Positions 16,769 through 25,374 are shown, counted from the first letter of the stretch. The stretch is DNA of 45,120 nucleotides from a bacterium (GCA_021824285.1 JAKAKZ010000006.1:1-45120); one strand, 5' to 3'. Notes: generated by a model not told the origin, from the letters alone. A program made the numbers and translations.

Positions 16769-17712
16769 CCATCGGCGGGGGCACCGGGCAGTTCACCCTG
16801 CTTACGGGGCTGAAGAAATTCCCCGTGCGGCTGACGGCCGTGGTCTCGATGGCCGACGACGGCGGCTCGACCGGCGTGCTGCGCGACGAGCTCGGGGTGC
16901 TCCCCCCAGGGGACATCCGGCAGTGCCTCGTGGCGCTCGCCGAGGCCGACAGCGTGATGCGTGAGCTCTTCAGTTACCGGTTCGAGCAGGGCGGCATGCG
17001 CGGCCATAATTTCGGCAATCTCTTTCTGTCGGCGCTCGAGAAGCTCACCGGCAGTTTCGAAGAGGCGGTGCGCGTCTCCGGTTCGGTGCTCGCCACGCGG
17101 GGTACGGTGATTCCCGTGACTACGACGCCGATCAGCCTGGTCAACGACGCGGCGGAAGGCGGACGGGGCGAGAAGGCGGTCAATGACCGGCCCGTGCGCG
17201 ATCCGGCTGCCTTGCGGCTCGAACCGGCGGCCTTCGCCAACCCCCGGGCCGTGGAAGCCATCGAACAGGCCGACCTCATCGTCATCGGGCCGGGCAATCT
17301 CTACTGCAGCATCATCCCGAACCTGCTCGTGCGCGGCGTGGCCGAGGCCGTCCGCCGGTCGCCGGCCACGGTGGTCTACAACTGCAATCTGATGACTAAA
17401 GCCGGCCACACCGACGGTTTCGGCGTGGACGATTTCGTGCGCTCCATCGAGCGGCATATCGGTGAAGGACGGATCGATTTCGTGACCTTCAATGAGGCGG
17501 CACCCGACGCGGACCTCGTGGCCCGCTACGCGGAGGAGGGGACGCCGGTGCGCGCGCCGTCCGTTCCGGACCGGCGGCACTTGGCCGCGGACCTCTTGAG
17601 CCGTAGTGCGCCGGTCGAGCGGCCGGGCGATCCGCTGCGGCGGACGCTCATCCGTCATGACCCGGACGCCCTGGCCGCGCTCATCGTGCGCGAGTGCCTA
17701 AAGGGCGTTTGA
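16753..17712 (+). CDS. YvcK/GlmR (UPF0052, CofD-related) family protein
   Basis: VVTIGGGTG, ADDGGSTGVLRDELGVLPPGDIRQCL, GHNFGNL, GPGNLYCSIIPNL, RHDP. Confidence 0.93.
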   Translation: MRSVVTIGGGTGQFTLLTGLKKFPVRLTAVVSMADDGGSTGVLRDELGVLPPGDIRQCLVALAEADSVMRELFSYRFEQGGMRGHNFGNLFLSALEKLTGSFEEAVRVSGSVLATRGTVIPVTTTPISLVNDAAEGGRGEKAVNDRPVRDPAALRLEPAAFANPRAVEAIEQADLIVIGPGNLYCSIIPNLLVRGVAEAVRRSPATVVYNCNLMTKAGHTDGFGVDDFVRSIERHIGEGRIDFVTFNEAAPDADLVARYAEEGTPVRAPSVPDRRHLAADLLSRSAPVERPGDPLRRTLIRHDPDALAALIVRECLKGV

Positions 17713-17713
17713 G

Positions 17714-17796
17714 ACGCGGAGTGACGGAGTTGCGGAGGTTAGGAGCAATCGGCGTCGTCTCCTTCACCTCACCGCGACCTCGCCTCTTCTCCAACC
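17714..17796. repeat. Octamer array of the same family as 8408-8470 with a degenerate complementary arm
   Basis: ACGCGGAG TGACGGAG TTGCGGAG GTTAGGAG (17714-17745) then a CTCC/CCTC-rich tract. Confidence 0.7.
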
Positions 17797-18432
17797 ATGC
17801 TTATCATTCTCGACTTTGACTATACTCTTTTCGACACGGCGCGTTTCAAGGACGCGCTTGTCGCCGTGGTGGAGAAATGCGGGCCGACCCGCGAGGAGGT
17901 CCTGCGGAGCTATTCGGATGTGGTCAACCGGCCGGGTTGCGGCTACGACTACGATCCGGACCTGCAGCTGGAGCTTCTGGCGTCGCGCCTGACCTGTCCG
18001 CTCCACGAGGTGCGGGCAGCGCTCGACGCCGTGGCCGCACGGGCCGCAGCTTTCGTCTATCCTGGGGCGGCCGATTTTCTGGATGCCTTGCGCAGCCGCG
18101 GCCATCGGCTGGTTCTCCTGACGCTCGGCAACGATTCCTGGCAGCGGCTCAAGGTTCGGCATTCCGGTTTGGCGGAGCGTTTTGATACGTACGAGACCAC
18201 GTTACAGGACAAGGCGGCTGCGTTGCGACGGATCGCCGCCGCCGGCGAGGCCGTTGTCGTGAACGACAACGGTCGCGAAGTGGCGGCCATGCGGCGTTCC
18301 GTTCCTGGCTTGGCCTACATCATCAAACGCGGGCCAAAACCGCTGCCGGACGATCCCTCCATTCCGGTCTGTGACACCTACGGGGAAATTTTGGAGGTCA
18401 TTGACGGCTTGGCCGCGGCCCAGATGCGTTGA
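17797..18432 (+). CDS. HAD-superfamily hydrolase
   Basis: Motif I ILDFDYTLFD, YPGAADFL, motif II LLTLG, motif III K (QDK), motif IV-like VVVND. Confidence 0.85.
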   Translation: MLIILDFDYTLFDTARFKDALVAVVEKCGPTREEVLRSYSDVVNRPGCGYDYDPDLQLELLASRLTCPLHEVRAALDAVAARAAAFVYPGAADFLDALRSRGHRLVLLTLGNDSWQRLKVRHSGLAERFDTYETTLQDKAAALRRIAAAGEAVVVNDNGREVAAMRRSVPGLAYIIKRGPKPLPDDPSIPVCDTYGEILEVIDGLAAAQMR

Positions 18433-18516
18433 GGCCGAGGGTGACTGTTGGGTTCCGTGCGCCAATCGGCTAATCTGGTATTATTGTGTCTGTTTTCCGG
18501 TCACCGATCGTTGCCC

Positions 18517-19803
18517 ATGCGCTTCATCACCGACCTCCACATCCATTCCCGTTATTCGCGTGCCTGCTCCAAGCATCTTTCGGCGCCCAACTTGGCGGCG
18601 TGGGCGGCGGCCAAAGGCATCGACATTTTGGGCACCGGTGATTTTACCCATCCGGCCTGGCGGGCCCACCTTGAGGAAAATCTCGAGCCGGCGGAGGACG
18701 GCCTGTTCCGTGTGCGGTCCGGCATCGCCGAAGGCCGAGCTGACGGTTACGTTCCGGCGCCGACGGCCGCGCAGTCGCGGCCGGTGCGTTTTCTGCTTTC
18801 CGGCGAGATTTCCTGCATCTACAAGAAGAACGGCCGGACGCGCCGTCTGCATCTGGTCGTCCTCGCACCGTCGTTTGCGGCCGCAGAACTTTTGGCCAAG
18901 CGTCTGGAAGGCGATGGGTTCAACCTGCGTTCGGACGGCCGGCCGATTCTCGGTCTCGACGCCAAGGAGCTGCTCCGTTATGCGCTTGAGGCGGATCCGG
19001 ATTTCCTGGTGATCCCGGCGCACGCCTGGACACCGTGGTATTCGGTGTTCGGTTCCGAGTCCGGCTTCGATTCGCTGGAGGAGTGCTTCGAGGAGCTGAC
19101 GCCGCAGATTCACGCCATCGAAACCGGCCTGTCGTCTGATCCGCCGATGAACTGGCGGCTGTCCGCTCTCGATTCGGTGATGCTTGTCTCTAATTCGGAC
19201 GCGCATGGCGTGCGTAATCTTGGCCGCGAGGCCAACGTTTTCGATTTCGCCGCGCCGAGTTACGGCGCATTAGCCGACACATTGCGACAGCGCGATCGGA
19301 AGCGGTTTCTTTACACCATCGAATTCTTTCCGGAAGAGGGGAAATACCACGTGGACGGCCATCGTGTCTGTGATTTTCGCTGCGAGCCGGAGCAGACCGA
19401 GAAGCTGAAAGGACTCTGTCCAAAGTGCGGCAAACCGCTGGTGCGCGGCGTGTTGGGGCGCGTGCACGCCCTCGCCGACCGCCCGATCGGCGCACGACCC
19501 AAGGCGGCGGTGCCGTTCCGGAGCCTCGTGCCGCTCGAGGAATTGATCGGCGGCGCGCTGCATGTCGGTCGCGCCTCCAAGAAGGTCTTCGCTTCCTATT
19601 CGCAGCTCTTGACCAGGGTCGGGCCGGAGTTCGACGTGCTGCTGGACGCTCCGCTCGAGGAGATCGCCGCGGCTTCGACGGAACGCATCGCCGAGGCGGT
19701 GGAACGGATGCGCGCCGGTCGGCTGGCCATCACGCCGGGCTATGACGGAGTTTTCGGCACCGTGCGGGTGTTCGAGGAAAAAAAACAGGTTCGCCCAAGG
19801 TAA
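18517..19803 (+). CDS. Endonuclease Q-family (PHP domain plus Zn finger) protein
   Basis: DLHIHSRYSRA, GTGDFTHP, PAHAWTPW, ETGLSSDP, NSDAH, GKYH.DGHRVC..CPKCG, PGYDGVFG. Confidence 0.9.
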   Translation: MRFITDLHIHSRYSRACSKHLSAPNLAAWAAAKGIDILGTGDFTHPAWRAHLEENLEPAEDGLFRVRSGIAEGRADGYVPAPTAAQSRPVRFLLSGEISCIYKKNGRTRRLHLVVLAPSFAAAELLAKRLEGDGFNLRSDGRPILGLDAKELLRYALEADPDFLVIPAHAWTPWYSVFGSESGFDSLEECFEELTPQIHAIETGLSSDPPMNWRLSALDSVMLVSNSDAHGVRNLGREANVFDFAAPSYGALADTLRQRDRKRFLYTIEFFPEEGKYHVDGHRVCDFRCEPEQTEKLKGLCPKCGKPLVRGVLGRVHALADRPIGARPKAAVPFRSLVPLEELIGGALHVGRASKKVFASYSQLLTRVGPEFDVLLDAPLEEIAAASTERIAEAVERMRAGRLAITPGYDGVFGTVRVFEEKKQVRPR

Positions 19804-19828
19804 ACTGGAAATGTGAACTCTGCCGCAG

Positions 19829-19876
19829 TTGACCCACGCGGTATCGTATGGCAGGCTCACTGAAGCACCTTTGAGC
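19829..19876 (+). promoter_or_regulatory. Sigma70-like promoter plus boxA-like motif
   Basis: TTGACC-17-CAGGCT (TGn-extended), 7 nt, GCACCTTTGAG. Confidence 0.55.
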
Positions 19877-19902
19877 GGCGCGAGAATGCGCGGGAGTCGG
19901 TC

Positions 19903-20346
19903 ATGGCGCTTCGCGACGAAGCGGACTGGCAGGGCATTAGCTTCGTGAGCACCAACGTCGTCGGCAGCCTCCGCAAGAAGTCGCTGGTCGTGGACGGTTA
20001 CCAGTACGCCACCGAAGAGGAGGCGATGCTCGCCGAGATGCTGCTGCAGCAGGGGATTCAGTTCACGCCGAACGTTTCCTTCGGCATCGTCATGCCGACG
20101 CGCGGCGGGGCGACGGTCCCGTTCGTTCCGGACTTCATCTTCAACGGACGGGCCTACGTCTGGTCCGACAATGACGGCGAAATCCTGGTCCACGGTCTTG
20201 AGGCCAAGGGCAAGAAGGGAAAGACCCAGAAGGTCAGCCTCCTGTTCGCCCAGCGGCGGGTTCGCGTGCTGCTTTTGCGGAATCCGGTCATCCGTCGGTT
20301 CCACGATTCCGGCAATCCGTTGCCGCTCCGACCGTTCGTGCCATAG
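19903..20346 (+). CDS. Putative PD-(D/E)XK nuclease, T7 endonuclease I-like (paralog A)
   Basis: YATEEEAMLAEML..GIQF, FVPDFIF, HGLEAKG; SD GGGAG; own terminator. Confidence 0.7.
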   Translation: MALRDEADWQGISFVSTNVVGSLRKKSLVVDGYQYATEEEAMLAEMLLQQGIQFTPNVSFGIVMPTRGGATVPFVPDFIFNGRAYVWSDNDGEILVHGLEAKGKKGKTQKVSLLFAQRRVRVLLLRNPVIRRFHDSGNPLPLRPFVP

Positions 20347-20374
20347 CGCTCCTACTTGGGGGCGTTTTTTCTTT
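20347..20374 (+). terminator. Intrinsic terminator
   Basis: CGCTCCT-actt-GGGGGCG followed by TTTTTTCTTT. Confidence 0.75.
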
Positions 20375-20431
20375 GGCCGCCGCGCGGCCGCTCACCAGCC
20401 GCCGGAATGCCGCCAGATAGAAAGGGCCGCC

Positions 20432-20477
20432 TTGACCGCTGCCGCCGCGCATGTCAGGCTCGGATCGTTCTTTCCAT
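20432..20477 (+). promoter_or_regulatory. Sigma70-like promoter plus boxA-like motif
   Basis: TTGACC-17-CAGGCT (same hexamers as paralog A), 6 nt, GTTCTTTCCA. Confidence 0.55.
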
Positions 20478-20509
20478 CGGCCTCGGTGAGGTCGGATCGG
20501 AGCTGTCTC

Positions 20510-21004
20510 ATGTCGCTTAGCGACCAGGCAGATTGGGACGGGATTCAGATGGAATCCGCGGCTGTCGGCGCGAGGACGCGCCGGCGCCGGTGGCGCATCG
20601 ACGGAGTGCAGTACGTCTCCGAAGGCGAAGCGCTGTTGGCCCGACTGCTCATATTCATGGACATACCCTTCACGCCCGACGTGCCCATCCTGCTTAGACG
20701 GGAAGACGGACGAGCACCCTCGATACTGTACGTCCCGGATTTCATCCTGGATCGGGCCGCCTACATCTGGAGCTGGCCCAACGGTCGTCGGGAGGTCATC
20801 CACGGGCTGGAGGTCAAGGGTTCGACCAGGCCTCTTCCCGGAGTTGGGCGGCCGGTCAAGAAGTCCTATCGGCGCACGTTGGGCAAGATCATCCGCCTGC
20901 GTCAGGAGCGCAACATCAACGTGCTCCTGCTCACGGACCGCGAAGTCAGGCGCTACTTCCGTCACGGCCGCTTGCCGTTGCGCCCCCTGCCCGAGGCCCG
21001 GTGA
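20510..21004 (+). CDS. Putative PD-(D/E)XK nuclease, T7 endonuclease I-like (paralog B)
   Basis: Start fixed by alignment with paralog A (MSLSDQADWDGI vs MALRDEADWQGI); YVSEGEALLARLL, YVPDFIL, HGLEVKG, LPLRP. Confidence 0.7.
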   Translation: MSLSDQADWDGIQMESAAVGARTRRRRWRIDGVQYVSEGEALLARLLIFMDIPFTPDVPILLRREDGRAPSILYVPDFILDRAAYIWSWPNGRREVIHGLEVKGSTRPLPGVGRPVKKSYRRTLGKIIRLRQERNINVLLLTDREVRRYFRHGRLPLRPLPEAR

Positions 21005-21022
21005 CGCTGCAGACATACGTCG

Positions 21023-21050
21023 AAACCCCGCCGTCGCCGGCGGGGTTTTC
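21023..21050 (+). terminator. Intrinsic terminator of nuclease paralog B
   Basis: AAACCCCGCCG-tcgc-CGGCGGGGTTT. Confidence 0.8.
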
Positions 21051-21065
21051 CATATTGTGCCGCAA

Positions 21066-21096
21066 TAGAAACGCCCCCGCGGAATCCGCGGGGGCG
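21066..21096 (-). terminator. Intrinsic terminator of the response regulator
   Basis: CGCCCCCGCGG-aat-CCGCGGGGGCG with TTTCTA following on the minus strand. Confidence 0.75.
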
Positions 21097-21117
21097 CAAG
21101 TCTTTCGGGGTCCGGAT

Positions 21118-21489
21118 TCAGCCGGTAAGGTGCTTCCGGATCGTGGACACGAGGTGGTCGATGTCGAAGGGCTTCTTGATGACCTCGTTGATGTCCCGCA
21201 GGTTCTCGGAACCGTCGAACGCCTTGCCGGTCATCAGCACGATCGGCTTCTTGAAGCCGTGGTCGCGCAGCCGCAGGGCCAGGCCGATGCCGTCGAGGGC
21301 GTCGGGCGGCATCTGCAGGTCGGTGAGCACCAGGTCGGGTTCGAAACCACCGTGCGCGACGAGGTGCAGGGCGGCGGTCGGCCCATCGGCCGTGCAGACC
21401 GTCACGTCGGTCAGGGACATCTTCAGCACGCGCTCGATGACGAGGCGCAACGAGTGCTCGTCGTCGACGACGAGGATGTTCAAAGCCAT
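21118..21489 (-). CDS. Single-domain (CheY-like) response regulator
   Basis: ILVVDDE, phosphoacceptor DLVLTDLQMP, DG, VLMTG, KPF. Confidence 0.92.
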   Translation of the reverse strand: MALNILVVDDEHSLRLVIERVLKMSLTDVTVCTADGPTAALHLVAHGGFEPDLVLTDLQMPPDALDGIGLALRLRDHGFKKPIVLMTGKAFDGSENLRDINEVIKKPFDIDHLVSTIRKHLTG

Positions 21490-21498
21490 GTGTTTCCT

Positions 21499-21589
21499 TT
21501 CTGAAAGAGCCAGTTTTCTGTATCATTCCGAAGAAGGACGGGCCAACTACGGAACAAGGCAGATTAGCATTTTTTCGGCCGCCTGTCAA
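21499..21589 (-). promoter_or_regulatory. Promoter and boxA-like motif of the response regulator
   Basis: Minus strand: TTGACA-17-TAATCT (TGn-extended); GCTCTTTCAGAA immediately before SD AAGGA. Confidence 0.6.
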
Positions 21590-21593
21590 TCCT

Positions 21594-24500
21594 GTGCCGC
21601 CCAAATCCAAGTCAGCCGCCGAGCCGAATAAGGCGCAAAACGCCGCCGAGGCGGAAAACCCGCTATTCGCTGGCCTCAATGAGGCACAGCACCGCGCGGT
21701 CCTGCATGGGCAGGGGCCGCTCTTGATCGTTGCCGGAGCCGGCACAGGCAAGACCACGGTCATCACGCGCCGCATCGCCTGGCTCATCACGAGCGGCCGG
21801 GCCAAATCCGACGAGATTCTGGCGCTTACTTTCACCGATAAGGCGGCCGGTGAAATGACTGAACGCGTGGAAACGCTGCTGCCGCTCGGTTACGTGGACC
21901 TGTGGGTCTCGACTTTCCACGCTTTCTGCCAGCGTCTCCTCGCCGAGCACGCGCTCGACATCGGCCTGCCCACGGAGTTCCGGCTGCTGGGGGGTACGGA
22001 TGCGTATCTGCTGGTCCGTAAGAATTTCGACCGGTTCGCGCTCGACTATTATCGGCCGCTCGGCAATCCGACCAAATTCGTGCACGCGCTCCTGCAGCAC
22101 TTCAGCCGCGCCAAAGACGAGGCGGTCTCGCCGGAGGAGTATCTGGCGCACGCCAAAGAGGCGGCGCTCGACAAGGACCAGGCCCAGGCGGCGGAGGAAT
22201 CGAGTCGCCTCACCGAACTGGCGAACGCATATCATGCCTATCAGCGCCTGCTCTTGGACGAGGGAGTGCTTGACCTCGGTGACCTGCTCGTCGCCGTGCT
22301 GCGGCTTTTGCGCACACGGCCGCGCATCCTGGAAAAATACCGCAAGCAATTCAAGTACGTGGTGGTGGACGAGTTCCAGGACACCAATTGGGCGCAGTAC
22401 GAGCTGCTCAAGCTGCTCGTCCCGCCGGACGGCAATCTGGTCGTGGTGGGCGACGACGACCAATCCATCTACAAGTTCCGCGGCGCCTCGGTGGCCAATA
22501 TCCTGCAGTTCAAGAACGACTTCCCGACGGCCCGCGAGATCGTGCTGACGCGCAACTACCGTTCGCGCCAGAACATCCTCGACCTCTCCTATGCCTTCAT
22601 CCAGCGCAACAACCCGAACCGCCTGGAGGCGAAGCTTGCGGCCGCGGGCGGCGGCGCGGCGGTCATCTCGAAGCGCCTCGTGGCCGAGAACGGCGGGACG
22701 GGGGAGATCAAGCACCTGCATTTCATGACGCTGGAGCAGGAGGCTAGAGGCGTTGCCGACAAGATCGAAGAACTGAAGGCGGCGGCCAAGGATCGTAATT
22801 GGAGCGATTTTTGCGTCTTGGTGCGCTCCAATTCAGGAGCCGACGATTTCAGCCGCGAGTTTCAGCGGCGCGGCATCCCGTTTCAGTTTCTGGCGCTTAA
22901 GGGACTGTACGCCAAGCCGGTGGTCATGGATTGCCTGGCCTGGTTCCGCCTGCTTGATGATCGCCACGAGAGCAGCGCCATGTACCGCCTGCTGTCTTCG
23001 CCGCCATATCGCATCGAGGGAAGCGACCTTGTCGCCCTGGCGCATGAGGCGGCCAAGAAAGCCGAATCCATCTACGAAGTGTCGCGGCGGCACGCTGTCT
23101 TACCGGGGCTTTCCGCCGCCACCCGCGGCCAGCTCGACCGCCTGTTGGCGCAGGTCGAGGCACACACGCAGCTGGCCCGCGACCGAAGCGTCAGCGAGCT
23201 CCTCGTGAAGTTTCTCTATGACTCTGGCTACATGGAGGAATTCACCCACGACGATTCGCAGGATGCGCGCGAGCAGGTTTCGTACCTGAAACAGCTCCTG
23301 GAGCGCATCCGCCGCTTCGAGCTCGGCCACGAGGAACCGACCCTGCGTCACTTCATGGAGGAGTTTGCCCTGGAGCGAGAATCAGGCGAGGAAGGCGGGC
23401 TGTCTTTCGACGCCGAATCCGGTCCGGACATGGTGCGCATCATGACCGTACATGCGGCCAAAGGTCTGGAGTTCCCGTTCGTCTTCGTGGTCAACATGGT
23501 GGACAAGCGGTTTCCGACCGTGGCGCGGGGCGGCGGCATCGACTTGCCGGACGCGTTGACCAAGGAGATCGTGCCGGAGGGGGACGTGCATCTCGAGGAG
23601 GAACGCCGGCTGATGTACGTGGCCATGACCCGCGCCAAGGAGGGGCTTTACTTCACTTCCGCCGACGATTACGGCGGCAAGACCAAGAAGAAGCTGTCGC
23701 GCTTCATCCTGGAGCTGGGCTTCGAGAAGCCGGCGGGAGCGGTCGCGCCGGAAGTGGCACTCGCGCCGCTCGCTGCCGCGCCGGTCGCCAAGCGTCCGGA
23801 CTACGAACTGCCGCCCTACGTCAGCTTCACTCAGCTCGCGGCCTACGACAAATGCCCGTTGCAGTACAAGTTCGCCCACGTCATCCGCATCCCGGTCTTC
23901 GGCAAGCCGCAGTTGAGCTTCGGCAAGACCATCCACGCCACATTGGAAAAATTTCTCAAGGAGCTGTCCCAGCGCCGCGCCGCGGCGCAGGGTTCGCTCT
24001 TCGGCGGGCCGGAGGCCGCGCCGGCCGGCGCCGGTCAGCTGCCGGTCTCGCGCGACGAGCTCCTGGAGATGTATGCCGCCGCCTGGCAGGACGATTGGTA
24101 TCCCGACAAGCCGACCAAGGAGTCCTACCGCAAGAAGGGCCGCGAACTTCTCGAACGGTTTTACGCGCAGGCCGAGCAGGAACGGCCCGACCCGCTTTAT
24201 CTGGAAAAGGATTTCACGCTGAAAGTCGGTGCGCATTCCATCCGCGGCAAGATTGACCGTATCGACCGGCTGCCGGACGGTCCGGACAAGGACCAGGTCG
24301 AGATCCTGGACTACAAGACCGGCACGCCCAAGGAGGATGGCGAGCTGCGGCCCGAAGACAAGCGGCAGCTGCTCCTGTACCAGGCGGCGGTCGCCCGCCT
24401 GTTCGGCCTCAAGCCGGTGCGATTGACCTATCATTACCTGGAAGACGGTTCTCGGGTAAGCTTCTTGGGTACGGACAAGGATCTCACCAAATTCGATCAG

Positions 24501-24608
24501 GAGCTGGAGGACCAGATCGGGCGCATTAAAGGAGGGGATTTCGCCCCCAAGCCCGGGATGCACTGCCGGTTCTGCGATTTCGCCAATATTTGCGAATTCC
24601 GCGAATAG
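21594..24608 (+). CDS. UvrD/PcrA-like SF1 helicase fused to a C-terminal PD-(D/E)XK nuclease with a 4-Cys staple (AdnAB/AddB-like)
   Basis: AGAGTGKT, TFHAF, VVDEFQD, VGDDDQSIYKFRGA, NYRS, MTVHAAKGLEF, EERRLMYVAMTRA; C-terminal DKCP..GKIDRID..LDYKTG..CRFCDFANIC; exact start (GTG 21594) uncertain. Confidence 0.93.
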   Translation: MPPKSKSAAEPNKAQNAAEAENPLFAGLNEAQHRAVLHGQGPLLIVAGAGTGKTTVITRRIAWLITSGRAKSDEILALTFTDKAAGEMTERVETLLPLGYVDLWVSTFHAFCQRLLAEHALDIGLPTEFRLLGGTDAYLLVRKNFDRFALDYYRPLGNPTKFVHALLQHFSRAKDEAVSPEEYLAHAKEAALDKDQAQAAEESSRLTELANAYHAYQRLLLDEGVLDLGDLLVAVLRLLRTRPRILEKYRKQFKYVVVDEFQDTNWAQYELLKLLVPPDGNLVVVGDDDQSIYKFRGASVANILQFKNDFPTAREIVLTRNYRSRQNILDLSYAFIQRNNPNRLEAKLAAAGGGAAVISKRLVAENGGTGEIKHLHFMTLEQEARGVADKIEELKAAAKDRNWSDFCVLVRSNSGADDFSREFQRRGIPFQFLALKGLYAKPVVMDCLAWFRLLDDRHESSAMYRLLSSPPYRIEGSDLVALAHEAAKKAESIYEVSRRHAVLPGLSAATRGQLDRLLAQVEAHTQLARDRSVSELLVKFLYDSGYMEEFTHDDSQDAREQVSYLKQLLERIRRFELGHEEPTLRHFMEEFALERESGEEGGLSFDAESGPDMVRIMTVHAAKGLEFPFVFVVNMVDKRFPTVARGGGIDLPDALTKEIVPEGDVHLEEERRLMYVAMTRAKEGLYFTSADDYGGKTKKKLSRFILELGFEKPAGAVAPEVALAPLAAAPVAKRPDYELPPYVSFTQLAAYDKCPLQYKFAHVIRIPVFGKPQLSFGKTIHATLEKFLKELSQRRAAAQGSLFGGPEAAPAGAGQLPVSRDELLEMYAAAWQDDWYPDKPTKESYRKKGRELLERFYAQAEQERPDPLYLEKDFTLKVGAHSIRGKIDRIDRLPDGPDKDQVEILDYKTGTPKEDGELRPEDKRQLLLYQAAVARLFGLKPVRLTYHYLEDGSRVSFLGTDKDLTKFDQELEDQIGRIKGGDFAPKPGMHCRFCDFANICEFRE

Positions 24609-24613
24609 CCCCT

Positions 24614-24895
24614 ATGCAGCCGATTTGCGAACTTCTGCCCAAGACCGTGAAAAAGGATGATGTGGAGCGGCATGTCCGCGGCGCCTTGGTGTCGCGGGCC
24701 GCGGCGGAAGCCCTGGGCTCCATCCTGCTCATGCCCGGCGCATTCCGTCCTCGCTCGTTTCGGGACGGCGTGCTGACCCTGGCTTGCCGCCGACCGCTTC
24801 TGGGCAAGGTCATCAGCGATCGCCAGGCGGAGCTGGTTACGGCCGTGAACCGGCGGCTTGGATTTCCGGCGGTCCGAAGGATAAGGACTTATTGA
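24614..24895 (+). CDS. DciA/DUF721-family protein
   Basis: 93 aa; pattern RSFRDGVLTLAC....ELVTAVNRRLG..AVRRIR resembles DUF721. Confidence 0.7.
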   Translation: MQPICELLPKTVKKDDVERHVRGALVSRAAAEALGSILLMPGAFRPRSFRDGVLTLACRRPLLGKVISDRQAELVTAVNRRLGFPAVRRIRTY

Positions 24896-24897
24896 GA

Positions 24898-24932
24898 TAA
24901 GCCGTAAGCCCAAAGCGCTAAGCTCCGAGCTT
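24898..24932. repeat. Heptamer array (single arm)
   Basis: TAAGCCG TAAGCCC AAAGCGC TAAGCTC CGAGCTT. Confidence 0.6.
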
Positions 24933-24939
24933 TCACCAA

Positions 24940-25374
24940 ATGACTCTCCGTCAATATCTCACCATGATGAGCGCCGGGACGGCCGCGGCCTGGGCCGCGA
25001 TCGCCGTCATCGTCACGCAGGTCGATCCGGCGGATGCGCCGGCACCGGTCGTCGTCATCCTGTACTTGGCGTTCCTGGTCGCGCTGACCGGTACCTTCGC
25101 GGTGCTGGGCTTTCTTGCCAGGATTTTCGTTTTGCGGAAGACTTTCCGGCTGTCGCATCAGGTCATGGTCTCGTTCCGGCAGGCCGCGCTGCTCGCCGTT
25201 GTCGCGGTACTCGCCCTGTTCCTGGAGAGCCGCGCCCTGCTCAACTGGTGGAACGGGATGCTTCTTGCTCTCATGGTGACGGCCGCTGAATTTTTTTTCA
25301 TCTCCGCCACTTCCCGCAGCGCGCGGAGCCCCTCGCGCGCGCGTCCGGTTGACCGCGACATGGACCTGCATTAG
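24940..25374 (+). CDS. Hypothetical membrane protein (about 4 TM)
   Basis: Four hydrophobic segments, VDP and SFRQA motifs. Confidence 0.8.
   Translation: MTLRQYLTMMSAGTAAAWAAIAVIVTQVDPADAPAPVVVILYLAFLVALTGTFAVLGFLARIFVLRKTFRLSHQVMVSFRQAALLAVVAVLALFLESRALLNWWNGMLLALMVTAAEFFFISATSRSARSPSRARPVDRDMDLH

Noticed and set aside
19903-21004. Nuclease pair as TnsA transposase, restriction enzyme or prophage remnant
   Set aside because: No TnsB/C, methyltransferase, integrase, terminal repeats or phage genes nearby
20288-21835. 515-aa minus-strand ORF
   Set aside because: Crosses four genuine genes and three terminators; Arg/Pro-rich nonsense translation
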